From Octopus bimaculoides (taxonomy: Eukaryota), in assembly GCF_001194135.2 (NCBI RefSeq), contig NC_068987.1, forward strand, positions 97,508,467-97,557,723: a DNA stretch of 49,257 nt. The letters are read 5' to 3'. The notes beneath the pieces are model-generated. The model made no database searches, had not been told where the DNA came from, and saw only the letters and a program-made list of their open reading frames with translations. Position numbers and translations under genes: made by a program. This document shows, in pieces, positions 34,451-46,747 of the stretch (its first letter is position 1; the number at the start of each line of letters is the position of its first letter).

Positions 34451-36542
34451 TCAATCAATATTAAGAGAGTGTCTATCAAAGACTACCTTCCCAAAGTGTC
34501 CATTTTTAAGACCGTTAGGCATAGTTTTTAAGAGAGTAATTTAAGGGAATTTTGACTGGTATTCCTGACAGATCGATCGACCAATCTGTTGGGTGGCTAA
34601 CAATGATACTGGGAGCAGCGGCAAGATTGGTTTCAGGAAGGAATACTATTATTATTATGATGGTTGGAGTGATCGTGGTAGCTACAGCGGTATTTGCATT
34701 GTTGTCGGTATTAGTTGAGTCTAGTGGTGTATATCATTGGTGTAGCTGCGGTCGTAGTGATTGCTCATACATACACGATCACAATTTGAAAAAATATATA
34801 CGCACGCACAAGTGTAATTTATATAGACTTATTCATAGAATATATATATATATATATATAACACGAGTAAAACCCACCATATATATACATGTATTATCTG
34901 CAGTTAGTTTTCTCCGTGTCATCATTTCTTATGTACATCCAACAATTTGGACACAGCAATATTCCACGATCTATTGTTATAGTTGTTGAATACAAAGTAA
35001 TATGGCAGAATTTTATGTGATTTATGTAGCCAGAAGTGATTTCTTCATTCCTCTGAAAAGAGACAACAATTATTTCATGAGTTTGCGAGTTGAGATTAGT
35101 TGATTCATTAGAGGTGTTGAGTGGTATATGATATTTTTCAGTTAAACATATATTGTACGATTTTGAACAATAATGAATCGAGTGCTTCTGACAAGATAAA
35201 CAATGCCTTAACAGTAAACTCATCCCTATCTTATTTCTTTTCTGCAAGATCTTCTGTTGCTGCTATGTGCTGTTCTTTTCTTTTTTTTTGTGATGATATT
35301 TGAAGGAGCTCATATATTGGTAAAGTCGGCTTTTAAATGAGTTTTCTGTTAAGTTCATGCAAGACAACATAGCAGATTTTAATTAAGCTGTAGTGGTGTG
35401 ATATGCTATGCTATGATCTGGTTGTCCAAAGGAATTGATGTATGTATGTCTGTATGTGTGTCTGTATGCATATTTATGTATATGCATATATGTATATGTG
35501 TGAGTGTGTGTGTGAGTGTGCGTTTACGTGCATGTGTGTGCGCGTGCTCATACATACAAATATATACATACACAAACACGCTCGCACATATATATATATA
35601 TATACATGCATATATATANNNNNNNNNNNNNNNNNNNNNNNNNNNNNNNNNNNNNNNNNNNNNNNNNNNNNNNNNNNNNNNNNNNNNNNNNNNNNNNNNN
35701 NNNNNNNNNNNNNNNNNNNNNNNNNNNNNNNNNNNNNNNNNNNNNNNNNNNNNNNNNNNNNNNNNNNNNNNNNNNNNNNNNNNNNNNNNNNNNNNNNNNN
35801 NNNNNNNNNNNNNNNNNNNNNNNNNNNNNNNNNNNNNNNNNNNNNNNNNNNNNNNNNNNNNNNNNNNNNNNNNNNNNNNNNNNNNNNNNNNNNNNNNNNN
35901 NNNNNNNNNNNNNNNNNNNNNNNNNNNNNNNNNNNNNNNNNNNNNNNNNNNNNNNNNNNNNNNNNNNNNNNNNNNNNNNNNNNNNNNNNNNNNNNNNNNN
36001 NNNNNNNNNNNNNNNNNNNNNNNNNNNNNNNNNNNNNNNNNNNNNNNNNNNNNNNNNNNNNNNNNNNNNNNNNNNNNNNNNNNNNNNNNNNNNNNNNNNN
36101 NNNNNNNNNNNNNNNNNNNNNNNNNNNNNNNNNNNNNNNNNNNNNNNNNNNNNNNNNNNNNNNNNNNNNNNNNNNNNNNNNNNNNNNNNNNNNNNNNNNN
36201 NNNNNNNNNNNNNNNNNNNNNNNNNNNNNNNNNNNNNNNNNNNNNNNNNNNNNNNNNNNNNNNNNNNNNNNNNNNNNNNNNNNNNNNNNNNNNNNNNNNN
36301 NNNNNNNNNNNNNNNNNNNNNNNNNNNNNNNNNNNNNNNNNNNNNNNNNNNNNNNNNNNNNNNNNNNNNNNNNNNNNNNNNNNNNNNNNNNNNNNNNNNN
36401 NNNNNNNNNNNNNNNNNNNNNNNNNNNNNNNNNNNNNNNNNNNNNNNNNNNNNNNNNNNNNNNNNNNNNNNNNNNNNNNNNNNNNNNNNNNNNNNNNNNN
36501 NNNNNNNNNNNNNNNNNNNNNNNNNNNNNNNNNNNNNNNNNN

Positions 36543-36578
<36 letters not shown>

Positions 36579-36756
36579 TATATATGTATACACACATACA
36601 CACTCACCAACACACACAGTTACTTACAGATGATACTCATGGCTGGAGAGTTTCGTGCATTCCACTTATCACACTTTATATCTATCTATCTATCTATCTA
36701 TCTATTACTCTCTCTTTCTCTCTCTCCCCATATATATATAAGTGTGTGTGTGTGTA

Positions 36757-36787
<31 letters not shown>

Positions 36788-36792
36788 GTGTT

Positions 36793-36842
<50 letters not shown>

Positions 36843-37051
36843 TGTATTTAACGTAGTTTTCAAAATTTTCTTATTCTAGGTTAGCACATTAATGTGCTCA
36901 CGAGGGAAATACATACAAATCTTGGACTTTAGAAAAATATTTTACCGTCAGGGCTGACATCATAAAATATATCATACATACAAAAAATATAGCTTAAATT
37001 TCATAAACTTTAGCTATGCATACAAAAATAATGAAGTGAATGATTGCAGAT

Positions 37052-37200
37052 AACTTCATCACCATCAGTTCACCGCGAAAAAAGTTCAGCGCGAGGAAAG
37101 TTCACCGTGAAGAAAGTTTACCAAAATAAACCCATACTATCTCACCTGAAAAAACAAAATAAATAAAACAAAGAATCAAAAGAAAAACGGTGAACTTACT
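37052..37200. repeat. 16-bp tandem repeat (AGTTCACCGCG-core, about 4 units) with an inverted core at 37188; possible MITE subterminal repeats
   Basis: Units at 37067, 37083, 37099 and 37115; CGGTGAACTT at 37188-37197. Confidence 0.6.
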
Positions 37201-37284
37201 GGACATGGAAGTGAATACTGATTTTCTTGAAAAGAGAAATGTTTATTATCTCAAAATATTACTAAATAAATCAATATTCAGCAA

Positions 37285-37700
37285 ATTGGAGTGACTGTGT
37301 GGTAAGTAGCTTCCTTACCAGCCACATGGTTCCGGATTCAGTCCCACTGCGTGGCACCTTAGGCGAGTGCTTTCTACTATAACCTCGGGCCGACCAAAGC
37401 CTTTTGAGTGGATTTGGTAGACGGAAACTGAAAGAAGCCCGTCGTATATATGTATATATATATATGTGTGTGTTTTTGTGTGTCTGTGTTTGTCCCACCA
37501 CCACCACCACCATCGTATGACGACCGATGCTGGTGTGTTAACGTCTCCGTAACTTAGCGGTTAGGCGAAAAGAGACCGATAGAATAAGTATTAGGCTTAC
37601 AATGAATAAGTTCTGGGGGTCTATTTTCTCGACTAAAGGTGGTGCTCCAGCATGGCTGCAGTCAAAATGACTGAAACAAGTAAAAGAGTAAATTAAGAAG
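37285..37700 (+). mobile_element. SINE family C, full length
   Basis: tRNA-like head, core TGGCACCTTAGGCGAGTG, internal (TA)/(TG) tract, 3' half ending GACTGAAACAAGTAAAAGAG. May correspond to previously described octopus tRNA-derived SINEs (not verified). Confidence 0.92.
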
Positions 37701-38589
37701 NNNNNNNNNNNNNNNNNNNNNNNNNNNNNNNNNNNNNNNNNNNNNNNNNNNNNNNNNNNNNNNNNNNNNNNNNNNNNNNNNNNNNNNNNNNNNNNNNNNN
37801 NNNNNNNNNNNNNNNNNNNNNNNNNNNNNNNNNNNNNNNNNNNNNNNNNNNNNNNNNNNNNNNNNNNNNNNNNNNNNNNNNNNNNNNNNNNNNNNNNNNN
37901 NNNNNNNNNNNNNNNNNNNNNNNNNNNNNNNNNNNNNNNNNNNNNNNNNNNNNNNNNNNNNNNNNNNNNNNNNNNNNNNNNNNNNNNNNNNNNNNNNNNN
38001 NNNNNNNNNNNNNNNNNNNNNNNNNNNNNNNNNNNNNNNNNNNNNNNNNNNNNNNNNNNNNNNNNNNNNNNNNNNNNNNNNNNNNNNNNNNNNNNNNNNN
38101 NNNNNNNNNNNNNNNNNNNNNNNNNNNNNNNNNNNNNNNNNNNNNNNNNNNNNNNNNNNNNNNNNNNNNNNNNNNNNNNNNNNNNNNNNNNNNNNNNNNN
38201 NNNNNNNNNNNNNNNNNNNNNNNNNNNNNNNNNNNNNNNNNNNNNNNNNNNNNNNNNNNNNNNNNNNNNNNNNNNNNNNNNNNNNNNNNNNNNNNNNNNN
38301 NNNNNNNNNNNNNNNNNNNNNNNNNNNNNNNNNNNNNNNNNNNNNNNNNNNNNNNNNNNNNNNNNNNNNNNNNNNNNNNNNNNNNNNNNNNNNNNNNNNN
38401 NNNNNNNNNNNNNNNNNNNNNNNNNNNNNNNNNNNNNNNNNNNNNNNNNNNNNNNNNNNNNNNNNNNNNNNNNNNNNNNNNNNNNNNNNNNNNNNNNNNN
38501 NNNNNNNNNNNNNNNNNNNNNNNNNNNNNNNNNNNNNNNNNNNNNNNNNNNNNNNNNNNNNNNNNNNNNNNNNNNNNNNNNNNNNNNNN

Positions 38590-38679
<90 letters not shown>

Positions 38680-38939
38680 AAAAGAGAGAGAATGTATGTA
38701 TGCATGCATTAGTACAGATATACATTGATCTAGTATGCCCACAACCCCATTGCTTATACGGGGCGAAAATTAATCTTTCTATAATGTGTACTACTTTTAC
38801 AAAAAAGCCAAGAAATAGAATAGCATTATCGTTATTGATTTGTTAAGTTTTCTAAATTCTCTTTTGGTTAGTTACTGTATGTATGAGTTAATTGATAAAT
38901 AAAAATATTCAAATGAAATTAAAATCGCGCTCTCCTTAC

Positions 38940-39695
38940 AGTCTATGAGGCTATGTAATAATGAACTGGAAAAGCTTTTACCAACGTGAATAGTGTTGAT
39001 CAAACGTACCGATTCTGCTTATTACTCAAGCTGTTGTGCTAAAGTGTTATCAATATTTATGGCGCTTAAAGATAATAAAGAAGGCAACTGTAAAGAAACT
39101 GTTACTGCAAACAATGGCTGCTTTTATAGATATGAAGAACGAGTTGGCTGGCGTAATATAAAAGTGCAATAGGATTATGCGAGAGTTGATTTTGGATTAA
39201 CGAATTTTTTCCGCAAAATATATGAAAATAATATACTTGTTCATACTCACAAATTTTTAATGTAGACGAAATGAGAACTATTTTGGTTAGTGCATGCCAA
39301 CATGAAAAACCATATTGCAAAAAAAAAAAAAAAAAAAAAAAAAANNNNNNNNNNNNNNNNNNNNNNNNNNNNNNNNNNNNNNNNNNNNNNNNNNNNNNNN
39401 NNNNNNNNNNNNNNNNNNNNNNNNNNNNNNNNNNNNNNNNNNNNNNNNNNNNNNNNNNNNNNNNNNNNNNNNNNNNNNNNNNNNNNNNNNNNNNNNNNNN
39501 NNNNNNNNNNNNNNNNNNNNNNNNNNNNNNNNNAAAAAAAAAAAAAAAAAAAAAAAATGTTCGGTTATTGCTTCCCTGTTTGAAGATTGGTTTCTGAATC
39601 ACTTTTACCTGAAGTTCAAAAATACCGTGAATATAAAAATATTGCATTTCACGTGCTACTGATCATACATATATAATATACCTCACCATCCACAA

Positions 39696-39748
<53 letters not shown>

Positions 39749-39990
39749 CTCAGACATGGGATTAATGTTCATGCTGCCAGATATAACGTCGCTTTTGCAA
39801 CCGATAGATCAAGGGGGTTATTGCAAAATTATTTTCGGCACATTTGATCACTTAATAAATATTATTGATAAGGAAAAGAGAACAGCACCAAAAGAATTTC
39901 GGAAAGCATTCAATATTATGCATACCGAAAAAAAATAATAAAATAAGCATGGACGAATTTACAGAAAACTATGAAAAACGCCTCAAATAA
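38940..39990 (+). pseudogene. pogo/Tigger-like transposase relic, interrupted by a poly-A-flanked gap and (CAT)n
   Basis: Fragments in order: ELEKLL (CENP-B HTH), VTANNGCFYRYEERVGWRNIKV, QIFNVDE (D 39265), FEDWFLNHF-PEVQKY..FHVLLI, MLPDITSLLQPIDQG (D 39807). Confidence 0.85.
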
Positions 39991-40172
39991 AGTCTACCCT
40001 CTTAAATTTCTTAACAAGGTATATGTACAGAGGTAATGTACACAGTATCAGGTGAATACATTAACAAGTGACGATAGTGGCAAAGTGTAGCGCAGACCAC
40101 TAAATGTTTCGAATGAAGATAACCTTCATAGACGTCTCCAAATCGATTCCCCCTTTTTTTTTCGTCTTTTAG

Positions 40173-40209
40173 TCTATGTCACATCACTCGTAGACGTCGA
40201 CATCAATTC
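40173..40209 (+). other. Candidate 37-nt micro-exon
   Basis: Strong acceptor CCCCTTTTTTTTTCGTCTTTTAG and donor TTC|GTGAGT. Two open frames (YVTSLVDVDIN or LCHITRRRRHQF). No partner exon identified. Confidence 0.25.
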
Positions 40210-40641
40210 GTGAGTAAATCTCTTCCCTGGCTGTGCATGATGCCAGTGCACGTACCAGCTCTAAGGCAGTTCACAATCCAGTGCCGTGCATAGGTTTACA
40301 GACATGTGTCATGTAGGCTTGAACTTCCTCGCGGGGTTATAGAATAAAAGTGCAATGACAGGTTGATCTGGTCGACGAAAATACTGAGCTGCAACGTTTA
40401 GCCGTCTTCTGTGATTGTCTGTGAGTCGGGCAGTGAAACTCCATGAAGCAAGTTTTTTGATATATGACTGGCAGAAAAAAAAAATGTTGACCTCGCACAA
40501 AAGTCGAGTGTATGCTACTTCTAGTAGTCACTGTTGGTTCAACGTAAGAGACTAACATTCAGAACTGTAGATTAGAACAGATTCTTCTGTAGCAAGAAAC
40601 AGGTGTACTTTTAGGCCACGTGCTTTCCAAATTTTCCATAC

Positions 40642-40685
40642 CTTGTCGGATGCTGACCATGTTGTCGATTTCCGAGTCCTAACAT
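40642..40685 (-). other. Candidate 44-nt micro-exon
   Basis: Acceptor TTTTCACTTTACCATCATAG and donor AAG|GTATGG. Frames DVRTRKSTTWSASDK or MLGLGNRQHGQHPT. Confidence 0.25.
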
Positions 40686-40864
40686 CTATGATGGTAAAGT
40701 GAAAACATAAGTTCAAGAGGCAGAAATCGGCAACTGACTTAACGCCCTCCCCCACATTGAAAGTGCATAACCACCCTCAACAATATATGCACCAGGTGAA
40801 AAATGTGTTGTCTACAATCAGCAGGACTAAAAACAAGATCTGTCAAAGGATGGACGAGCTCATT

Positions 40865-40976
40865 GTATCGTTTCGAGCTCGTATTGCTTCGAAATCGAAT
40901 CGATTCAAGTTTGTATCGCTTCGAGCTCGTATCGCTTCGAGATCGTATCTCTTCGAGCTCGTATTGTTTCGAACTG
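40865..40976. repeat. CpG-rich 16-bp minisatellite, 7 units (GTATCGCTTCGAGCTC)
   Basis: Units begin at 40865, 40881, 40897, 40913, 40929, 40945 and 40961. Confidence 0.9.
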
Positions 40977-41289
40977 AGTTCAAAATTATCGAGCAATAGT
41001 ATTATCTCCCTTGTTGTACGGATTTGAGTTATGGACGATATATTGCAAACAGATATAGATATAGCACGTATTTATGAAGACACATCTGAGACATATTATC
41101 AACATGGAAAAAAAAAGGACAGGATCTCCTTACTTTTAAGGGAATAGGGGAATAGAAGATAGCTACAAAGGGAGAGATATTGTTGTAATGAAATCTTTGC
41201 TAGCATATCTATGTCCCTAAGATGGAGGAAAATCGGTTTCTAAGACTAATAATTTCCTCCTGTCTAGTAACGTGATATTGTTGTTGACG

Positions 41290-41466
41290 GCAATTGGGAT
41301 ATTACGATGTGGCTAAACCTACCTAACAGGCTTTTCACATCAGCTAGAACACAGTTGTTGAAGGCAGAAACCTTTAGAAGAGACAAATTCACTTCTGATA
41401 CTAAAGCTTGCAACACTTGTAATGATCAGCCGACATCAACTATTGATAGACAGCCGACGACATAAT
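41290..41466 (+). pseudogene. Possible non-LTR retrotransposon C-terminal (zinc-knuckle region) relic
   Basis: WLNLPNRLFTSARTQLLKAETFRRDKFTSDTKACNTCNDQPT loosely fits W..LP..LF..AR.QL.....R.....C..C of RLE-type LINEs. The downstream His/Cys is absent. Confidence 0.25.
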
Positions 41467-41575
41467 GCTGATGGTAATGATGATGATAATGATGATGATG
41501 ATGATGATGATGATACATACCTAAACATACAAATTTATGCTTATGTGCATTTATAAATATGTATGTATGTGTATG

Positions 41576-41614
<39 letters not shown>

Positions 41615-41714
41615 ACGCGCACACACACACACACACAAAGACACACAAGCACAGTATAAAACGTATCGACCAAACCTTAAAATGCTGTAAATCACCACTG
41701 GTCACAATACGTTT

Positions 41715-42110
41715 CTATTCTACCTTGATTGCACCATTCTTTTCCATCTTGGCTCCAATTGCCTGACTAAATCACCTTCCCATTGTCGTGCAGATCTTCT
41801 AAGTCCCCTTTTCGGATCTCATGGAAACCACTCGGCAATTGGATGGGTCCAACTGTTGTCTGTGAACCTTGCGACATGACCATCTCGAAGGAACTTGCGC
41901 GATTTCCCTTCCATGCGATCGCATCGTTCGCACCTCTCCGTTCTAGAATTATCTCACTTCAGATGTACTCTCTTAGTGATGCTCCTAGCATGGCCCTTTG
42001 CGTCGTAGCCAATCGATGTTTCATCCTCTTATGGTATGACGCATGTAGGACGGTGCTATTCAGGATTTTGGTATATATGGCATTGTCTAGCTGTGTTTGG
42101 AGCGCATCCT
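41715..42110 (-). pseudogene. RTE-clade LINE RT C-terminal fragment
   Basis: KRMKHRLATTQRAMLGASLREYI*SEIILERRGANDAI, then after a frameshift GHVARFTDNSWTHPIAEWFP*DPKRGLRRSARQWEGDL..W. This is the RTE signature QRAM..GHVAR..D.RW...W.PR..KR...RW. Confidence 0.87.
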
Positions 42111-43080
42111 TTATTGAATTAATTGCCTACACACACAAACACACACACACACACTCACACACATATATACGTGCGTGCGTGCATGTGTGTGTGTATGCTT
42201 GCATATAGATACATATATACACACATAGTCACTATTATTGGTAACGCAATTGTGCGGAGCTTCACCAAACGATTGCGTAACATCTCACCCTTCATTAATA
42301 AACCATACGAGCTTCATTTGACCCGAATACGATAGTTTATCATTGAAAATTCTAACAAAAATAATATGCAACGATTTGGTGAAACAACGAGACTATATAA
42401 ATCATGTTATACGATTAAGCGGGTCCCACTGATCGTGTAGTTGCGCCTAAAGTGTCTAAAGTTAGGAACCAGAGCGTGAAAAATATTGTCGAAGTGGTAG
42501 AGATTACTCTGGAAATAAAAGAAGTGATGTGCGTAGTGTAGAACGCATGGTTGGAGCATGTTCATTCATTGTAGCTAGTATTTGAAATTCCATTCGTTAG
42601 ATTTATGCGTCTTTAATCACAAGATAAACACTTTATAATGTAAGCATGTAACTAATGACTTAAATTTAAAGATTATATATCATATATCGGACATAACGTC
42701 TAAACAAAATCAGACGATAACATCCACAAAAATAGATGATAAATTATAGAAGCATTACTTATAAGAGGACAATGCGAAAACAAACAAAGAACATACATAC
42801 GTTATAAAACACACAAGCTTTTAACGATATATACATCTAATGATTTAATTTGAGTGATAAAGTGCACAATAATAATATTTGTCTAACATAAATTGCGACG
42901 ATTACTCACGATAAAACACTTCAAAGCTCAATGATAAGATTACACTTTGCATACCAAGAAATGAATATGTTATGGACGTCCTTGGAATTTGATAACCTGG
43001 CGATGAGAATGTGACAGTCTAATGACATTGGTTATGGTAGATTAATGAACTTTATTGATTGAAACACACTTCAATGAAGT

Positions 43081-43365
43081 TGCTTAGCCTAATGGTTTGG
43101 CTGTGGCACTCACAATAGCAAGATAGTGATTTTGACTATTAGACTGGCGATGCTTTGTACTCTTGTGCAAAAATTTTAATTTCATGTTGTTCCAATTCAT
43201 ACGAAAGTAAATGAGTAACCGTGGATAGACAAGCTTCTCGTTCAGCGTGGAAGTTGGCCTGACTGCCTAACCGGCGGGGTGGTATATGTCGAAAGCTTTA
43301 ACTCTGCGAAGAAGCGCATTGTGATCAGCGATGTACAACCACAGTCAATAGTCTGGTCGATACAA
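43081..43365 (+). mobile_element. Strongly decayed tRNA-derived SINE with D-like core
   Basis: TAGCCTAATGGTT A box, GGCACTCACAATAGCAAG head, TTTAATTTCATGTTG..GTAAATGAGTA core. Confidence 0.45.
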
Positions 43366-43385
43366 TTATGTATGTATGTATGTAT

Positions 43386-43710
43386 GTGAAGACCCGTGGC
43401 TTAATGGTTAGGGCAATCGGCTCACGATCGTAAGGTCGTGAGTTCAATTCCCGGAGACGCGTTGTGACCTTGAGCAAGACACTTTATTTCACGTTGCTCT
43501 AGTCCACCCAGCTGGCAAACATGAGTAGTACTTTTATTTCAAAGGGCCGCCCTTGTCACGCTCTGTGTCACGCTGAATCTCCCTGAGAACTACGTTAGCG
43601 GTTTACGTGTCTCTGGTTTGCTCAGTCACTTGCACGTTAATTTCACGAGCAAGCTGTTCCGTTGATCGTATCAGCTGGGACCCTCGTCGTCGTAACCGAC
43701 GGAGTACTCC
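43386..43710 (+). mobile_element. tRNA-derived SINE, D head/core + tail T1, inserted in (TATG)n
   Basis: TGGCTTAATGG A box, GAGTTCAATTCC B box, core CCTTGAGCAAGACACTTTATTTCACGTTGC, tail colinear with 2250-2430. Confidence 0.92.
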
Positions 43711-44025
43711 TTTATGTATGTATGTATGTATGTATGTATGTATGTATATATGGTCTTATCTTTCTCTTATTAAGAGTAAATTTTGACCTGCCACCTATTT
43801 AGTAGTAAGGTTGTGAAGGAAAGCATCTTGTTTTGTTCATTATCTTTTAAATCTTAAGAAAGTCTTGCTGATTATTATAGTCCTAGATATCGCGAACATT
43901 TGTAGTACATGAATTAAAGATTTGCGTTCTCTCGCACTAACACCAAGTTCAGCCATACTTTACAACAAACGCATTGATATGTATATATGTACGTACGTTT
44001 GTATGTATGTATATATGTATGTATG

Positions 44026-44059
<34 letters not shown>

Positions 44060-44540
44060 TGTATGAATGAATGTATTTATGTATGTTTGTATGTATATAT
44101 GTTTGTATTTGTGTATGCATGCATGTGCGCTGGTGGATGTATATCTACAGACGTAAACACACATACATATTGATATTGAGATATACTAACAACTAACACA
44201 AATTTAGTAGAATTAGAAACGTGTTAAGGTAATGAATTTACTTGATTTAGATTTGTCGTTAACGTTCAAATCCCTGCATGATTAATATTACTTTTGATGC
44301 TTCTGCTGTCTATATATAATGTAACAGAAATGTACTGGTGTGATATCTAACAACTATAATCAAATGAAATGATCACTGACTGTATTTGTCAATCAAATGA
44401 AATACTCTCGGAAATCTCTAAGACTATTGCTTCCATCTGCTGTTGCCGCTGTTGTTATTTTTTAACCCCTGGTGATCTCTTTTCATGGAGACCTATAATC
44501 AAAATCATTTTAGCCATGACAACTCTTTCTATTATCTTTT

Positions 44541-44911
44541 ATCTTTTACTTGTTTCAGTCATTGTACTGTAGTCATGCTGTTGCACCATATTGAAGGTTT
44601 TAGCCCAACAAATCAACACCGGAAATACTATTTTTTTTTTGCAGTACTGCTAAGTTACGGGACTTAAACAAGCAAATATATGTTCTCAAGTGGTGGAAGG
44701 AGAGACGAACAGAGACAAAAAGACACGCTCACATATATATTTGCATGCAACTGGCTCCCACACAGTTCCAACTACGAAATTCACTTACAAGTTATTAGTC
44801 GACCCAAGGCTATAGTGGAAGACACTTGACCACGGTGCCGTACAGTAGGACTGAACCAGAAATAATATGACTGCAAAGCAAGCTTCCTAACTTCATAACT
44901 ATGGCTGTGCC
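44541..44911 (-). mobile_element. Decayed SINE family C
   Basis: CTTTTACTTGTTTCAGTCATT..CTGCTAAGTTACGGGAC..GGCTATAGTGGAAGACACTTGACC..GGACTGAACC. Confidence 0.8.
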
Positions 44912-45398
44912 AAAGAATAACCTAAAGTTTGTTTTCTTGCGATTGGAGGAAGTTTGGTTGCTATTTCTAGAAGATCAAGCGAACATGCAAGAAAGCCATT
45001 TCATTAGTTCGTATGGGTTTTATACTATTCAAAGTAGATGCGACAAAGTGATGAAACTTTGTGAAGTTTGTCAGTAGACGAGAGAAAGTAAAGACTTTCA
45101 GAATATTGAAACCAAGCTGTAACATTCGCTTGTAAGGTATTCGTTGCATATATTTTTGTCGATAGAAAAATGTAACAGGGTTGATAAGCAACACCTGGAA
45201 TTGAAGTACATTTATTTGTAAGAGATGTAAAATAAATAGCCAAACTACTTACAACAATAAATTTTTAGGTTAAAATGAATTCGTACTTGCACATGCCCAA
45301 ACATATACACAGAGACACATACACACACACACACATACATACATACATACATACATACATACATACATACATACATGCATACATCTACACACACACAT

Positions 45399-45435
<37 letters not shown>

Positions 45436-45533
45436 AATACTTACATAAATGTATATAGGTATATATATATGTGTATATATATATGTATATATATATGTTT
45501 ATATATATATATGTATATATCTATATATTTATC

Positions 45534-45587
<54 letters not shown>

Positions 45588-46747
45588 NNNNNNNNNNNNN
45601 NNNNNNNNNNNNNNNNNNNNNNNNNNNNNNNNNNNNNNNNNNNNNNNNNNNNNNNNNNNNNNNNNNNNNNNNNNNNNNNNNNNNNNNNNNNNNNNNNNAT
45701 ATATATATATATACATACATGTATATACGTATATATAGTTTAATGAAAAAATGCATAAATATACATAAAGAGAAAATTATATAATTTATTTATCTAGATA
45801 TGTATATGTACACATGTATTGTTTTTGTGTGGATATATGCGTATGTGTGTGTGTGCGTGTATGTGTGTGTCTGTGTGTATGTATACATGTGTGCTTGTAT
45901 ATATGCATACTTTACCCCACACATTTCCATTTGTATCTATATGTGTGTGTGTGTGTGAATAGTGTGAAATGTGTGTGTGTGAATGTGAAAATGCAGGGTT
46001 ATATATACCCACAAAATACCAAACATTGAAACTTAATCTTAAAACAATATTTTAAAATGAGGCAGAAATTAATAGAAAAGTCTAATTCAATAAGATACCA
46101 AATGTCGTGAGAAAAGTAACTTTCCATCTTGTGCACCCACACACGTACACACATATACACACACATTACATAATTGTAAATACAAATTAATGATATGCAT
46201 ACATACATATATAAATATATACACACATGTAAACACACACATACGCACACGCACACACCTACACGCATAAATACACATACATGCGCACACACACACACAT
46301 GGACTGGAAAAAGATTTTCTCAATTTAAAAATTATCATATAAAGCATTTTCTTAAAAATGTTGATTAACATGAACCTGATGTAAGAAAACTTTGAAGAAC
46401 TTTCATCCTTCTCATCTTTTCAGTTACACGTAGTGTAAAGTAATTCATGTTGTGTTAATTGTGTCCTTTGGGACTTGTTAATATTTCCGGTTTAGTTTGG
46501 GATTGAAAATCTTTATGAAATGCTCTTTTGCATTTCAGAACTAATTTTCATTCGACAAATGTCTAGATGGTCATTAAATAACATTCTAAAGAAATGTATT
46601 CTTCAAATGTGGAAATGTTCTGGTTAGATCCATTTTTCTTTTGTTTCTGTTTGACCGATGAAATTCTCAGTCAGTGTAGCTGGGTGTGTAGTAATGCAGT
46701 AAATGAAATTTTGCTTTGCATTTCATAATTGCATTAATCTTGACTTC

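Larger units (their letters stand above)
769..45698. other. 19 assembly gaps (N runs), about 11.4 kb in total
   Basis: N runs start at about 769, 2450, 3789, 8495, 10040, 11671, 13378, 15865, 17581, 19275, 20769, 23438, 26821, 28081, 33531, 35619, 37701, 39345 and 45588. Nearly all are flanked by (TA)n, (CTAT)n, trinucleotide or poly-A tracts. Confidence 0.99.

Noticed and set aside
308-38742. Dozens of long ORFs in the supplied track (poly-X, YIYI, CVCV, poly-D/H/S/M)
   Set aside because: They arise from N runs and di/tri/tetranucleotide repeats that lack stops; there is no domain content.
39319-39557. Poly-A runs (about 26 and 24 nt) on both sides of a gap, suggesting a retro-insertion in the pogo relic
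   Set aside because: The content is hidden by Ns; it could be one homopolymer or a scaffolding artefact.
37067-40976. CRISPR-like interpretation of the 16-bp arrays
   Set aside because: Units are contiguous without unique spacers, the context is eukaryotic, and there are no cas genes.
41783-42208. 141-aa plus-strand ORF
   Set aside because: Antisense shadow of the RTE relic, whose motifs are on the minus strand.
45005-45120. CEVCQ motif suggestive of an integrase zinc-binding domain
   Set aside because: Only a CxxC with an adjacent stop; no His pair or DDE core found.
46400-46440. Hammerhead remnant at the Penelope 3' end (minus strand CTGAAAAG..GAAAG)
   Set aside because: Core mismatched and no pairable helix II, so it cannot be supported.
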